Assembly (NCBI RefSeq): GCF_009914755.1 | Contig: NC_060936.1 | DNA: 64,000 nucleotides | Reading direction: 5' to 3' (one strand) | Source of the DNA: the human T2T-CHM13v2.0 reference genome, Homo sapiens | Shown: one piece after another, positions 48,721 to 64,000 of the stretch | Numbering within the stretch: the stretch's first letter is position 1 | Layout of the letters: every line of letters starts with the position of its first letter | Position numbers and translations under genes: made by a program | The notes under the pieces: model-generated | Told to the model about the DNA's origin: nothing | What the model saw: the letters and a program-made list of their open reading frames with translations, nothing else | Database searches by the model: none

Positions 48721-49067
48721 TGATATGGTTTGGCTGTGTTCCCACCAAAATCTCACCTTGAATTGCAATAATCCTTGTGTCGAGTGCAGGGCTGGGTGGA
48801 GATAATTGAATCATGAAGGCAGTTCCCCCACACTGCTCTCGTGATAGTGAATAAGTCTCATGAGATCTGATGGTTTTATAAATGGGAGTTCCCCTGCACA
48901 AGCTCTCTTTCCTGCTGCCATGTAAGACGTCCCTTTGCTCTTCCTTCATCTTCCACCATGATTGTGAGGCCTCCCTAGCCATATGGAACTGTGAGTCTAT
49001 TAAACCTCTTTCCAAGTTACCCAGTCTCAGGTATGTCTTTATTAGCAGCATGAAACGGACTAATACA
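48721..49067 (+). mobile_element. THE1 (MaLR) solo LTR, inserted at the end of a MIR
   Basis: TGATATGGTTTGGCTGTG...GGACTAATACA, 347 bp, with a perfect 5-bp TSD ATATG (48716-48720 / 49068-49072). Confidence 0.92.
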
Positions 49068-50867
49068 ATATGACTCCATTACCGTTACATGCCCAACATG
49101 GCTACATAGCCTGGGTGTCTTTTATATGTTCCATGCACCTAGCATACTGCTATGCACTTGGTAGGAGCTCAAAAAATATGAATGTAGGTAGAGTGAGTTC
49201 CAGGCAAAGGAAACAGCCTGTGCAATGGCCCAGAGGCAGGAGGGTGTAGGGAAGTCAGGGAGCCTCTAACTTGTGGCAGAGGCAGAGTCTGTGTGCAGGA
49301 GGGTAATACACTGTGCTTAAAAGTTTGGACTTTGTTCTAAGGGCAACAGGAAGCCATCAAGCAAGGGAGTCATTCCAAGAGATACAGATTTTAGAAAAAC
49401 CAGGTAGGAGGCAGGTGAACTTGCCAAGGCAAGAGACAGTGGTGGCTTGGACCAGGGTGGTGGCAGTGGGGAGGCACAGAGGTCCAGTGTGGTCCCTAGA
49501 GCAGGACAAGGTGATGGATGAACCTTGAAGGGTGAGAGAAGGGGTGAGCCCCAGGGCTCATTTTGATGAACGAGAAAGAGTTTTATCTGCATTCAGGAAC
49601 TCAACGGACTCCCTTAGGGCATTTGCCAGAGTGTGAGGCCAAATAACTGATTTCCTTCCTAAGACCCTGCCAGTCTACTCAGTGAGTCAACCTCCTCCGG
49701 TGTTAGAAACAGCCACCAATGTAGAAATGGCAAGTTGCTCGCAACCTGGATGGTTCTAGGCCTACGTGGGCATAGCTGGTCCTGATCCATGGGCAGCAGG
49801 AGGAGAGTCCAGGTTTGGTCTACAAACAATAGCCCCAAGGCAGTATTTCTGAAGCCATGGCCCCTCTCCCAGCCTGCTGTGTTCTTGTGGATTGCTGGCA
49901 CATTCCACCAAGGCAGTAAGGCATGGCCAAACACCTCATATCCCATCCTGAACCCCCACACCTCACTGGGCCACCAAGAGGCAGGGGCATTTTAATTTAA
50001 AATGAAAGGACAGCAGACCATCTCCAGGCAAACCAGTGGGCTCCAGACAGATACGAGGCTTCTGAAGCAGGGAGAGGGAAGTGAATCTTGAAAAGAATAG
50101 ATCAAGGGGTTGGGAGGGGAGACACATCTCCCCCAGCCTTTGATCTGTGCAGCCCAGCAATGACAGAAGTAGTAACACAAGCTGGGAACACATTTTGCTT
50201 TCGTATGACTCACTCAAGAAAGGAAAATGGAAAATTACCACTCTCCTCTCTCTCTTTCCCAAATAGGAACAGGTGCTCTTCCTTGGTGGGGAAGAGCCTA
50301 GGTGTGCGACCTGCTGGCAGGATACCTGGGCCATCTCGTGCAGCCACTGGCTCCTTCCTCGCTCTCTTGGTGCTCCCTGTTCAACAGAGGCTTTTCCAGG
50401 CAGGGTGCAAACAGCCAGAGCTTAATGAGCTTTTAAGATTAGAGATGCTATTCGCCTGGGGTTGCTGTGCAGCCGAGACTGAGGGTGACTCATGCCGAAT
50501 ATATACTGCCTAGACAGTGACAATTCGCAGCATCTCTCACTACTAAACTACAAAATGTTGTTCCCTTGCTCTCCCTCACCCTGGGCCATCTGTTTGTCTC
50601 TATTACTGGTTACACAGTACTGTCAGGGGACTTCTGCCCCCTCCTACATGGCTCACTTCAGGGCTGCCACTCCACACATTACAAACCTACACATCTAAGA
50701 CCCGGAACCAGCCCTTCTGTTCAGCAGCAACATGTCCACCCCCAGCTCCAAGCTGGGGAGCGAATTAAAGTGATTAACAAATGGTAAATGGTGCTCAACG
50801 ATTTCAATGAGTAATTAAGAGAAAGAAATGGAAGACCCAGCTGCAGAGGAAATATTAGGTATTGATA

Positions 50868-53800
50868 TATGACATTGTTATAAACTGTCACGACTGTCAC
50901 CTGTCACGTCACCTGTCAGTCATGTCACATGTCACTGTCACCTGTTGTCTGTCACTGCCACCTGTTGCATGTCACCTATTACCTGAACCATCACCTGTTG
51001 TCACGTCACTGTCATGTCGCCTATCATGTCACATCACTCATCTGTCCTGACACCTGTCACCTGTCACATCACTAACGTCACGGGTCATTTGCATGTCCTT
51101 GGCATGCAACAAACATATCATGTCATTGGTATGTCACGTCATTGGCATGGCCATGTAGTAAGCACATCTTTAACATGTAAAAAGCAGGCCATCAGCATGC
51201 TTTTGCCATGGCTTCAACACATAAGCATGCCACATGTTCCTGACATGTAAGAGACATCCTTATTATGTAAGGGGTATGTCCTTAGCACGTGATGTACATG
51301 CCCTTAGCATGTAATGTGTATGTTCTTGCAACGTTCTGCCCTTGGCATGCAGTAAGCATGTCCTTAACATGTTTTAGGATGTCACCTGTCAAATGGCACT
51401 GTCACCTATCACATGTAATGTCACTGTCACGTTAGTCATGTCACCTGTCAAATGTCACATGTGACTCGTCACTGTCACACAGCACTGTCCTGAGTCACTG
51501 TCACATGTAATGTCACTGTCACATGTACCTGTCTCCTGCACTGTCATATGTCACTGTCACAAGTCACCTGTTAAATGTCACGACCTGTCATATGGTCACG
51601 TCACTGTCACATGTAATGTTGCTGTCATCTGTCACTGTCTCCTATCACTGTCATCTGTAACTGTCACATGTCACTGTCACCTGTCATGTCCTTAGCATTT
51701 CCTTACCATATTTTCAGCATGCAGTAAGCATATCAGCATGTAATAGGCATGTCCTTTGCACATCACATGTCACAGGCATGTTCAAATAGGCACATTCATG
51801 TCACATGTACTTGGCATGCACACGTCATAAATCCTTAGCATGTCACACATGTGCTTGGTGTATAATAAACATGCAACAGGCATGACCATGTTACAAGCAC
51901 GTAATACAAATGTAGCATGTCAGTGGTGTGTAGGCATGACCATAGGATGCAATCAATGGGCATGTAATTGGCAGGTCCTATCATGTCAGTAGCACATAAC
52001 AAGCATGCCCTTAGCATGTAATAGGTATGATCATAGTAAAAATAAGCCTGACAATACTATATAAAAGCATGTAACACACGTATGAGAATGCTACCATGTA
52101 ATATGCATGACAGTGGCACGTAATTGCCACATGATAGGCATGCCTTAACGTGAGTGGCATGTAATGTGCATGCTAGTGTCATGTAAATAAGCGTGACCAT
52201 AACATGCAATACGCTTGCTCTCACATGTCCTTGGTATGTAACTGGCATGTAAAAAGCATGCCTGTGGCATTATGAAGCATGCCTTAGCACATTGGTGTCA
52301 CATCCTTGACATGTAATAGGCATCACCATAGCATACAATAGACATGTCTTCAAATGTCCCTAGCATACAACAGCCACGTCTTCAAATGTAGCTAGAATGC
52401 AATAGCCATGTCGGTGGCATGTAATAGGCATGACCATAGGATGCAATGGGTATGTACTTGCCATGTCCTGGCATGTCAGTAGCATGTAACAGGCGTGTCT
52501 TTAGGATGTAGTGGGTATGAGCACATAAAACAGGCATGGCCATAGTGTGTGATAAGCATGTGACATACATATTTTGTCAGCAGCGGTAACATAAATGATA
52601 GCCTGTCATTGGCACGTGATATGCATATCATCACGTCAGTGGCACATAAATATGCATGACAATCGCATGTAATAGGCATGTCTTCGCATATCCCTGGTAT
52701 GTAAATGGCATGAGCATGGCACTAATAGCCATACATTCGTATGTTAGTGGCATATAAAAGACATGTTATAGGGACCCCAATAGCTATGCCTTCACGTTAC
52801 TACCATGCAATAGGCATGTCAGTGGTGTGTAACATGCATGACAATACCATGTAATAGGTATACAATATCTTTGCAGGTCAGTGGCATGTAACAGGCATGA
52901 CCATAGCATGTGATGGGCATACAAGTCATTTCTCTGTCAGTGACATGTAATAGGAATGACTATGGCATGTAATGGACATGTGGCACACATCTTAGCATGT
53001 CACCTGTTACCTGTTACTGTCACCTGTCACTGGACCTGTCACCAGTCATGCACTGTCACCTGTCACTGCCACCACTGTCATGTGTTACCTGTCACCATTC
53101 ACATTATGGTTACCTGTCACTGTCACCAGTCACATCACTGTCACTGTCATGTCACATCACATGTCACTGTCACATCACCTGCCACATCACCACTGTCCAT
53201 CACCTGTTACATATCACCCATCACCTGTCACATCTGTGACACCTGCCACATCACCTGTCACCTGTCACTGCCATGTCACTTATGTCACTGTCACATCACA
53301 TGTCACTGTCACGTCACATTTCACTGTCATGTCACCTGTCACATCACCTGTCACATTTCCCTGTCACATATCACCTGTCACATCACCTGCTGTCACATCA
53401 TCTGCCATGTCACTGTCACCTGTCAATGCCATGTCATCACCTGTCAAGTTAGTCACCTGTCACCTGTCACGTCATTGTCACCTGTCACGTCATTGTCACC
53501 TGTCACGTCATGTCACTCATCTGTCACTGTCAACCTGTCACCTGACTCATGCCACCTGTCAGTCACCTGTTACATGTCAATGTCACCTGTCATTGTCAAC
53601 CTGTCACCTGTGACTCATCACCTGTTGTTACCCATCACTCTGACGTCACCTGTCTAATCTGTCACCTGTTCTGTCCTGTCACATTTTGCAAGAATGCTAC
53701 ATGTAGTTAGCATATTAGCTTGGTGCAATTCACAAGAATGCCTCCTGTACTAAGCATGTCACTGACATGTCACATGTCAGCATGTCATAAGTATTAAATG

Positions 53801-54612
53801 GCACATGGACGTCACTAGTATATTGCAAGTGTGTCATATGTTGCATGCATTTTTGCATGTCACATGTTGCAGGCATGTCGTGTATGTCATGCATGTCACA
53901 TCATGTTGAAAGCCACATGTGGGTCACAAAGCACAACATGCATGTCATAAACATGTCACAGAGCACCTATGTCACAAACATGTCATGTTGCAGAAGTGAC
54001 ATGAAATGTGTCAAGATGACATGCTGCACGTCATATGCATGTTATGCCTTTCAGAATCATGCATACACACGTCATATGCACAACATAGGCTATATGGTAC
54101 ATGCACAACATATATATGTGATGTTACATGCAGAACATTTGCAATATACACGTTACATACATGCGTTATATACATATTACACAGAACATGTGCAATGTAT
54201 ATGCAGAACATAATACATGTATGACATGCAATATGTAATGTGTGTAGAACATGTGACATATACGTAATATAAATGCTATATGCACATTTATGTAATATGT
54301 GACATACACATGTGACATATGCATGGCATGTAACATGTTTAATGTGACTATATATGTAATGTGTGATGTTACATGCACATTTTATGTATGTATAATGTTA
54401 TAGATACATGCTATGCATAACATAATGCTATATTTTACACATTACATGTACATAACATGTATGTTACACAACATATACGTTCTATTGTTACACGTGTATA
54501 TACATATACATATACATGTGTATAATATATACATGATATATGTTACATATAAATGTTATGTGTCACACATCTATGTTAGCTGTTGATAAATACAAACACA
54601 CGTATATATATG
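50868..54612. repeat. 3.7-kb compound degenerate low-complexity repeat (TGTCAC-word blocks, GCATG-word blocks, terminal CA/TA/CATG block)
   Basis: Directly visible. TGTCAC/TCACCTG blocks at ~50868-51082, 51378-51690 and 52998-53682; GCATG blocks at ~51085-51375 and 51690-52997; alternating purine-pyrimidine block at ~53690-54612. Confidence 0.9.
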
Positions 54613-54961
54613 AGTCACCATCTTGAGAAACCAAGAATTCAACAGGCGATCCTCTGAAGATTTTTGCCTGTCAGCTTCTAATTCCTTCAAAGGCAAAATG
54701 ATAGTATTCACACGAATAAACCATGCTGACACAATGGCACAAAGTTTGCCCTGAGCTTACCCCTCTGAGTTTCACAACTCAACCAAACTCTACCTGCTGC
54801 AACTCTGCCATAAGCAAGATCACTGAAAACCATAGACATCTCTACAGGGGAGGACTGCCTTCTTCTAGCTGTTTCCAGGGAGATGAGGATTAAAGCAAAC
54901 TCAACCAGGGGAGTTGTAAAAAGCAGCTTGGGTTTTGGAGTCAGGCTGAGCTGGGTTGTGA

Positions 54962-55114
<153 letters not shown>

Positions 55115-56033
55115 TGAGTAGCTGGGATTACAGGTACACACCACCACGCCTGGCTAATTTTTGTATTTTTAGTAGAGATGGGGTTTCACCATGTTAAGCT
55201 GTGCTGCCTTGGGCAAGTTACTCAACTTCTCTGGGCCCTGGTTTCCTCAGTTGTAAAGTGGAGAATTCCAGGTATATGCGGCTGGCACAGAAGAAGGGGT
55301 CAGAACAGCATGAGCTTTACACAGAGTGGAATGTTTTGTGCTTTTTGGCAAAGGGTGTCCTGTCACAGGAAGGTAAAGGTGACTTCATCTAACATTCCAG
55401 AAGGGTTTGCCTGCTGATTATGTCAGCGGCTCCAGCTCAGGCAGGAGCAGGGTATGAATGCTGACCTTGGGAGGTGGTAACTGACATGCCTCTGAGGTCT
55501 GTGGGAAAGAACAGCAAGGCTTTCCCTACAGCAGAAGCCTCATTGGAATGACAGACCCAAGCAAATGGGGTTGGATGAGCTCCTTGTTCCCCCAAGCTGC
55601 TATGGTCTAAATGGCTACTCCATGACACCTTGGCCACCTCGATTCCAAGTCACTCACCACCTGAATGGGATTATTTCACACTTGAGAGGAGAGTTACATT
55701 TGGTTCTGAAGCTGCCGATGGTGTTTTCCACATTTTGGGATATGGGTCCTGAAGGCAGGGCAGACACACCATTGTAGAGACCTGTGGCCCCAAGCTGAGC
55801 CAGCCACACAAGCCGAGAGAGCACTGGCCCAACTGGAGTCAAATGTGAATGAGCTAAGCTGAAGGTTTCAGGAACAGTCTCAGGTAAGCCCCAGCACACA
55901 GTATCTCCAGCCCTTATAAGACTCTGATCTCTCAAGACGGATGCCTTAAAGTCTCTATAATCTGGAGGCTCTTGGAGGAGTGTGATGTCTCTGTTTCTGT
56001 TATCCAGCGCTCAGAAAAAACAAAGCTCCTTGA

Positions 56034-56317
<284 letters not shown>

Positions 56318-56467
56318 TAGGCTGGTCTTAAAACTCCTGAGCTCAAAAAGATCCACTCAAAGTGGGTGGATTAAAGGCATGAGCCACCGCACCTGGCCTT
56401 GGCTTGCTCCTTATAAGAAATAGCTGTTGGCACTCATACCAATGGCTACACATCCTCAGTGGGCTGA

Positions 56468-57040
<573 letters not shown>

Positions 57041-57285
57041 TAATTTAAAAAGTAAGCCCCAGCATGCTGGCTCACACCTGTAATCCCAGCATTGTGGGAG
57101 GCCAAGGTGAGAAGATTGCTTGAGCCCAGGAATTTGAGACCAGCCTGGGCAACATAGAGAGATCTTGTCTCTACAATAAATAAATAAAAATTAGCTAAGC
57201 GAGGTGGCAGGCACCTGTAGTCCCAGGTACTTGGCAGGCTGAGGTGGAAGGATCACTTGAGCCCAGGAGTTCAAGGTTGTAATGA

Positions 57286-57565
<280 letters not shown>

Positions 57566-57987
57566 TAGCCAGGATGGTCTCGATCTCCTGACCTCGTGAT
57601 CTGCCCGCCCTCGGCCTCCCAGAGTGCTGGGATTACAGGCATGAGCCATTGCGCCTGGCCAACTCTGTCTCTTAAAGAAAAATAAAGTAAGGAAACCGCA
57701 AGATTGTGTATGGGCCTTTATAAGTGAACTCTGCCATCCCCCTAGTCTGCCCAACTCTGTGAGGGTAGAGGATAAAGGAGCCAGTACTGACCTAAGGAAG
57801 ACAGGGACGAAACGCTGATTCCGCGGGCTCCCACTGAACTTTGATTAAAAAGGATGATGCCCCTCCCTGTTAAAGCAAAGGATTTAAAGACATTGTTTCC
57901 AGCTGGGCGCAGGGGCTCATGCCTGTAATCCCAGCACTTTGGGAAGCCAAGGCAGGAGGACTACTTGAGCCCAGGAGTTTGAGACTA

Positions 57988-58176
<189 letters not shown>

Positions 58177-58323
58177 CTATCTCAAATTAAAAAAAAAAAA
58201 TTGTTTCTACCAAATTTTATATCTGTAGCAAGAGAACATTTTGGAACCCCAGCTTACCTGCAACAGCAGATATTTTGTCAGGCAGTTGCAGGGTTTGCCT
58301 TGGGCAAATGGATTTAGCGTTGA

Positions 58324-58751
<428 letters not shown>

Positions 58752-59086
58752 TGATAAAACTGGTTGATCCTCAACATCCAATTTCGTCTTATTTAGGATG
58801 CACTTTTTGCATCACTATTTTCTTAGGTATGATTGATACTGTGCTTAGGTAGGGAAGTGCCCCTGTTCTTAGGAGATGCATGCTGAAATATGTAGGAAGA
58901 AGTTTCAAGCTGCTTGAGACATTTTTGAATGGTTCAGGGAAAAAGCACACATACACTAAGAGGGAGATAAAACAGAACAACTGCTGAGTCTTGGTGGGTA
59001 TCTTGGTTTCCACTACACTATTTTTTTTCAATGTTTTGATGTTGCTTAGACGTCTATTAAAAGAGCACTGTTTAAATGAACTTTAC

Positions 59087-59296
59087 AGTAGGGGTGAGGA
59101 CACTACAGCCTGTGAGCCTAACCCAGTCCACGGCCTGGCTCTGGACATAAAGGTTTAAGGAACTCACTCGTATTGCCTGTGGCTGCTTTCCCGCTACAAT
59201 GGCAGAGCTGAGTCACTGCAACAGAAACCATATGGCCCGCAAAGCCCAAAATACGCACTGTCTGGCCCTTTACAGAAAAAGTGTGCCAACCCCGGC
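59087..59296. mobile_element. MER58A-like hAT element
   Basis: ggctgctttcccgctacaatggcagagctgagt...tggcccgcaaagcc..aaata...ctggccctttacagaaaaagt.tgccaacccc. Confidence 0.75.
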
Positions 59297-61430
59297 TTCA
59301 GAGGAAATCGTATTTTCAGAAGCAACTTCCTTCAGAAGTCTTTGTAGGCTTAGAATAGGTTTCCCCCAAACTTCAAGAGCACACGTTACTGAGATGGTGA
59401 AGGATAACATTTCCTCGCTTTCCTTCTACAAAGTAAATGTGATTGACAAGAGACAGTGCTGTAACTGGCCAGGAGGCTGCCATGTACAGTTAGTGAGAAA
59501 GAAATAACAAAGCTTGGCAGGGCATGGTGGCTCACGTCTGTAATCCTAGCACTTTGGGAGGCTGAGGCTGGTGAATCACTTGAGCCCAGGAGTTTGAGAC
59601 CAGCCTGGGAAACACGGCGAAACCCCATGTTTACAAAAAAAAAAAATTTAAAAAGTAGCTGGGCATGGTGGCACATGCCTGTGGTCCCAGCTCCTCAGGA
59701 GGATGAGGCAGGAGGATCACTTCAACCCAGGAGTTTGAGGCTTCAGTGAGGCTTGATGGTGCCACTGCATTCCTGCTGGGGTGACAGAGCAAGACCCTGT
59801 CTCAAAAAAAATAAATAAAAATAAAAATAAAATAAAATAAATAATAAAAGAACAGGCTTTGAATCATTAAAGGATGATATTGTTAGCAAGACATTTTCTG
59901 TAGGACAAGAGAACCCTACACAGAAAGCAATCTGGGGCAACAGAAACACCCCTGTGGTCAAAGCCAAAGGCCCAGGCTGGGACCCAGTTCTCAGACATTG
60001 GCCAATCAAGTCACTTAACCTCTCTGGGCCTTCTTACTTGTACATGTAACATATCAGGAATGGATGCTCTAGCAGTTGATGGTTAAGGGGCTTTCAAATT
60101 CTCTAATCTTTTTTTTGTCTCGCTCTGCCACCTAGGCTGGAGTGCAGTGGTGTGATCATGGCTCACCGTGCCTCAAACTCCTGGGCTCAAGCGATCCTCC
60201 CTCCTGCCTCTGCTCCTGAATAGCTGGGATTACAGGTGGCTGCCACCACACCGCCTAATTTTAAAATATTTTTTGTAGAGATGGGGGTCTCACTATATTG
60301 CCCAGTCTAGTCTCAAACTCTTGGCCTCAAGTGAACCACTCGCTTCGGCCTCCCACAGCATTGGAGTTACAGGTGTGAGTCACCATGCCTGGCCCAGTTC
60401 TCTAATTTTGTGGCAACTATCGAGTAAATAGTTCCATACAAAAGTAGTCATTACTGCCAGGTGCGGTGGCTTATGCCTATAATCCCAGCACTTTGGAAGG
60501 CTGAGGCAGGTGATCACATGAGGTGAGGACTTCAAGACCAGCCTGGCCAACGTGGTGAAACCCCATCTCTACTAAAAATACAAAAATTAGCCTGGCATGG
60601 TGGCACACGCCTGTAATCCCAGCTACTCAGGAGGCTGAGCAGGAATATCGCTTGAACCCAGGAGGCGGAGGTTGCAGTGAGCCGAGATCATGTCACTACA
60701 CTCCAGCCTGGGTGACAGGGCAAGACTCTGTCTCAAAACAAACAAACAAAAAAAGTAGTCATTACCTAGGATGTCTTGTAATGCATTTTCTTTTTTTTTT
60801 TTTTTTTTTGAGATGGAGTCTCGCTTTGTCTCCCAGGCTGGAGTGCAATGGCACGATCTTGACTCACTGCAACCTCTGCCTCCTGGGTTCAAGCGATTCT
60901 CCTTGCCTCACCCTCCCCAGTAGCTGGGATTACAGGCGCCTGCCACCATGCCTGGCTAATTTTTTGTATTTTTACTAGAGACGGGGTTTCACCATGTTGG
61001 CCAGGCTGGTCTCGAACTCCTGACCTCAGGCGATCTGCCCGCTTCCGCCTCCCAAACTGCTGAGATTACAGGCGTGAGCAACCATACCTGACCTTATTTT
61101 TAGTAACAGATTTTAGGAGATCTGGGGTGGGTCAAGTCAATATAATAAGCAAAGATTACATATCAAAAAAAGTCTTTGGAACATACATTTTAGCCCTTAT
61201 AAGTGACAGAAATGTACTTCTGCATTTACTACAGCTCCTGGCACCAAGAAAGGTGGGTACATTAAAAGGCACTGAAAGATAAGATACCAATGGTCAACCA
61301 GTGAGCAAGAACAGAGAGCAGCTGTTCCCAATACTACTGCTCAGGTGGAGCTTGCGTTTTCAAAGGGGTAATATCGCCCCCAAGGGGGAGTGAAAAAAAG
61401 TATGTGTATTTATGCTTTTAATGTATAAAG

Positions 61431-61431
61431 C

Positions 61432-61468
<37 letters not shown>

Positions 61469-61470
61469 TA
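61431..61470. repeat. (TA)n(CA)n microsatellite
   Basis: catatatata...tatacacacatatata. Confidence 0.9.
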
Positions 61471-61820
61471 GTACATAAGCAGTTGTAGTTTATCTTTGGC
61501 ATTAACATTTCATGGAGCTGTGCACAGTAGCTCAAGCCTGTAATCCCAGCACTTTGGGAGGCCGAGGTGGGCAGATCACTTGAGATCAGGAGTTCGAGAC
61601 CAGCCTGGCCAACATAGCGAAACCCCGTCTTTACTAAAAGTAGAAAAATTAGGCCAGGCGCAGTGGCTCACGCCTGTAACCTAGCACACTTTGGGAGGCT
61701 GAGTTGGGTGGATCACCTGAGGTCAGGAGTTCGAGACCAGCCTGGCCAACATGGCGAAACCCTGTCTCTACTACAAATACAAAAATTAGCCAGGTGTAGT
61801 GGTGTGTGCCTGTAATCCTA

Positions 61821-61964
<144 letters not shown>

Positions 61965-62169
61965 TTAGTTAGGCATGGTGGTGCACACCTGTAATCCCAG
62001 CTACTCAGGAGGCTGAGGTAAGAGAATCAAATGAACCCAGAAAACGGAGGCTGCAGTGAGCCAAGATTGTGCCATGGCACTCCAGCCTGGGCGACAGAGC
62101 GAGAATCCATCTGAAAAAAATAATAAAATTAAATTAAAAATTAAAAAAAATCATTTCATGGAGGGCTCA

Positions 62170-63220
<1,051 letters not shown>

Positions 63221-63628
63221 GTAAAAAAAAGTCAGAACAATTTCGGGGGGGGGGGTGTGGATTAGGAAAAAAATAGCCTAAAAAGGCTCCTGGAGCAGGT
63301 AATACTGGAAAAAAGGTTGAGAAACCTTGGGGTGGAGGACAGCACAGATATTGGGCACAGAGCCCTCTGCACAGTAACAGACACAACTAAGAAAATCGTC
63401 CTACAAAAACTGGTAGATTATTAAAGAATTCTAGGATTGAGAGATTATAATAGTTTAGAAATAGGAAAACCATAACTTTCATTCAAAGTATGAATTTCTC
63501 CCAAATTCAATAACTTGAATATGAACATTTCTATAAGAATTCTTTCATTTAAAAAGTAGGTGGAGAGCCGGGCGCGGTGGCTCATGCCTGTAATCCCAGC
63601 ACTTTGGGAGGCCGAGGCAGGCAGATCA

Positions 63629-63874
<246 letters not shown>

Positions 63875-64000
63875 TTATTTTTTTCTCTTTTTCTTTTTTC
63901 TCTTTTGAGATAGTCTTGCTCCGTCACCCAGGCTGGAGTGCAGTGGCGCCATCACAGCTCACTGCAGCCTCGACCTCAAACAATCTTCCTGCCTCAGCCT

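Noticed and set aside
48569-49051. 160-aa minus-strand ORF
   Set aside because: Antisense translation of the THE1 LTR and adjacent MIR.
52956-53657. 233-aa Cys/His/Thr-rich ORF (and overlapping 177-aa ORF) resembling a metallothionein or keratin-associated protein
   Set aside because: A by-product of TGTCAC words, which lack stop codons on this strand. Several frames are open at once, and no promoter, splice or poly(A) context is evident.

Overview
Primate (almost certainly human) genomic DNA, GC-rich and Alu-dense (about 60 Alu copies or fragments, roughly a quarter of the window by manual estimate). The only protein-coding sequence I can support is the 5' part of TESC (tescalcin/CHP3, an EF-hand Ca2+-binding protein) on the minus strand. 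Coding exon 1 (24330-24273) sits in a CpG island, followed by a 23.9-kb intron 1 and exon 2 (396-327); the remaining exons lie to the left of the window. Right of the promoter is about 39 kb of non-coding, repeat-rich DNA that, from recall, is covered by the divergent lncRNA TESC-AS1. I found no RNA genes, CRISPR arrays or prokaryotic-type systems. The best second-look items are: (1) two alternative, frame-compatible TESC N-termini that would remove the myristoylation signal (a candidate alternative first exon at 23570-23441 and an upstream in-frame ATG at 24489); (2) a 3.7-kb, block-structured degenerate repeat (50.9-54.6 kb) alternating TGTCAC-word blocks with ~11-bp-phased GCATG blocks; (3) a 56-bp VNTR with a 482-bp higher-order unit that grew inside a MIR; (4) two short locally templated insertions that look like repair scars; (5) a THE1 LTR carrying the CCTCCCT recombination-hotspot allele. 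Repeat family names come from visual comparison with remembered consensus sequences, and their boundaries are approximate.
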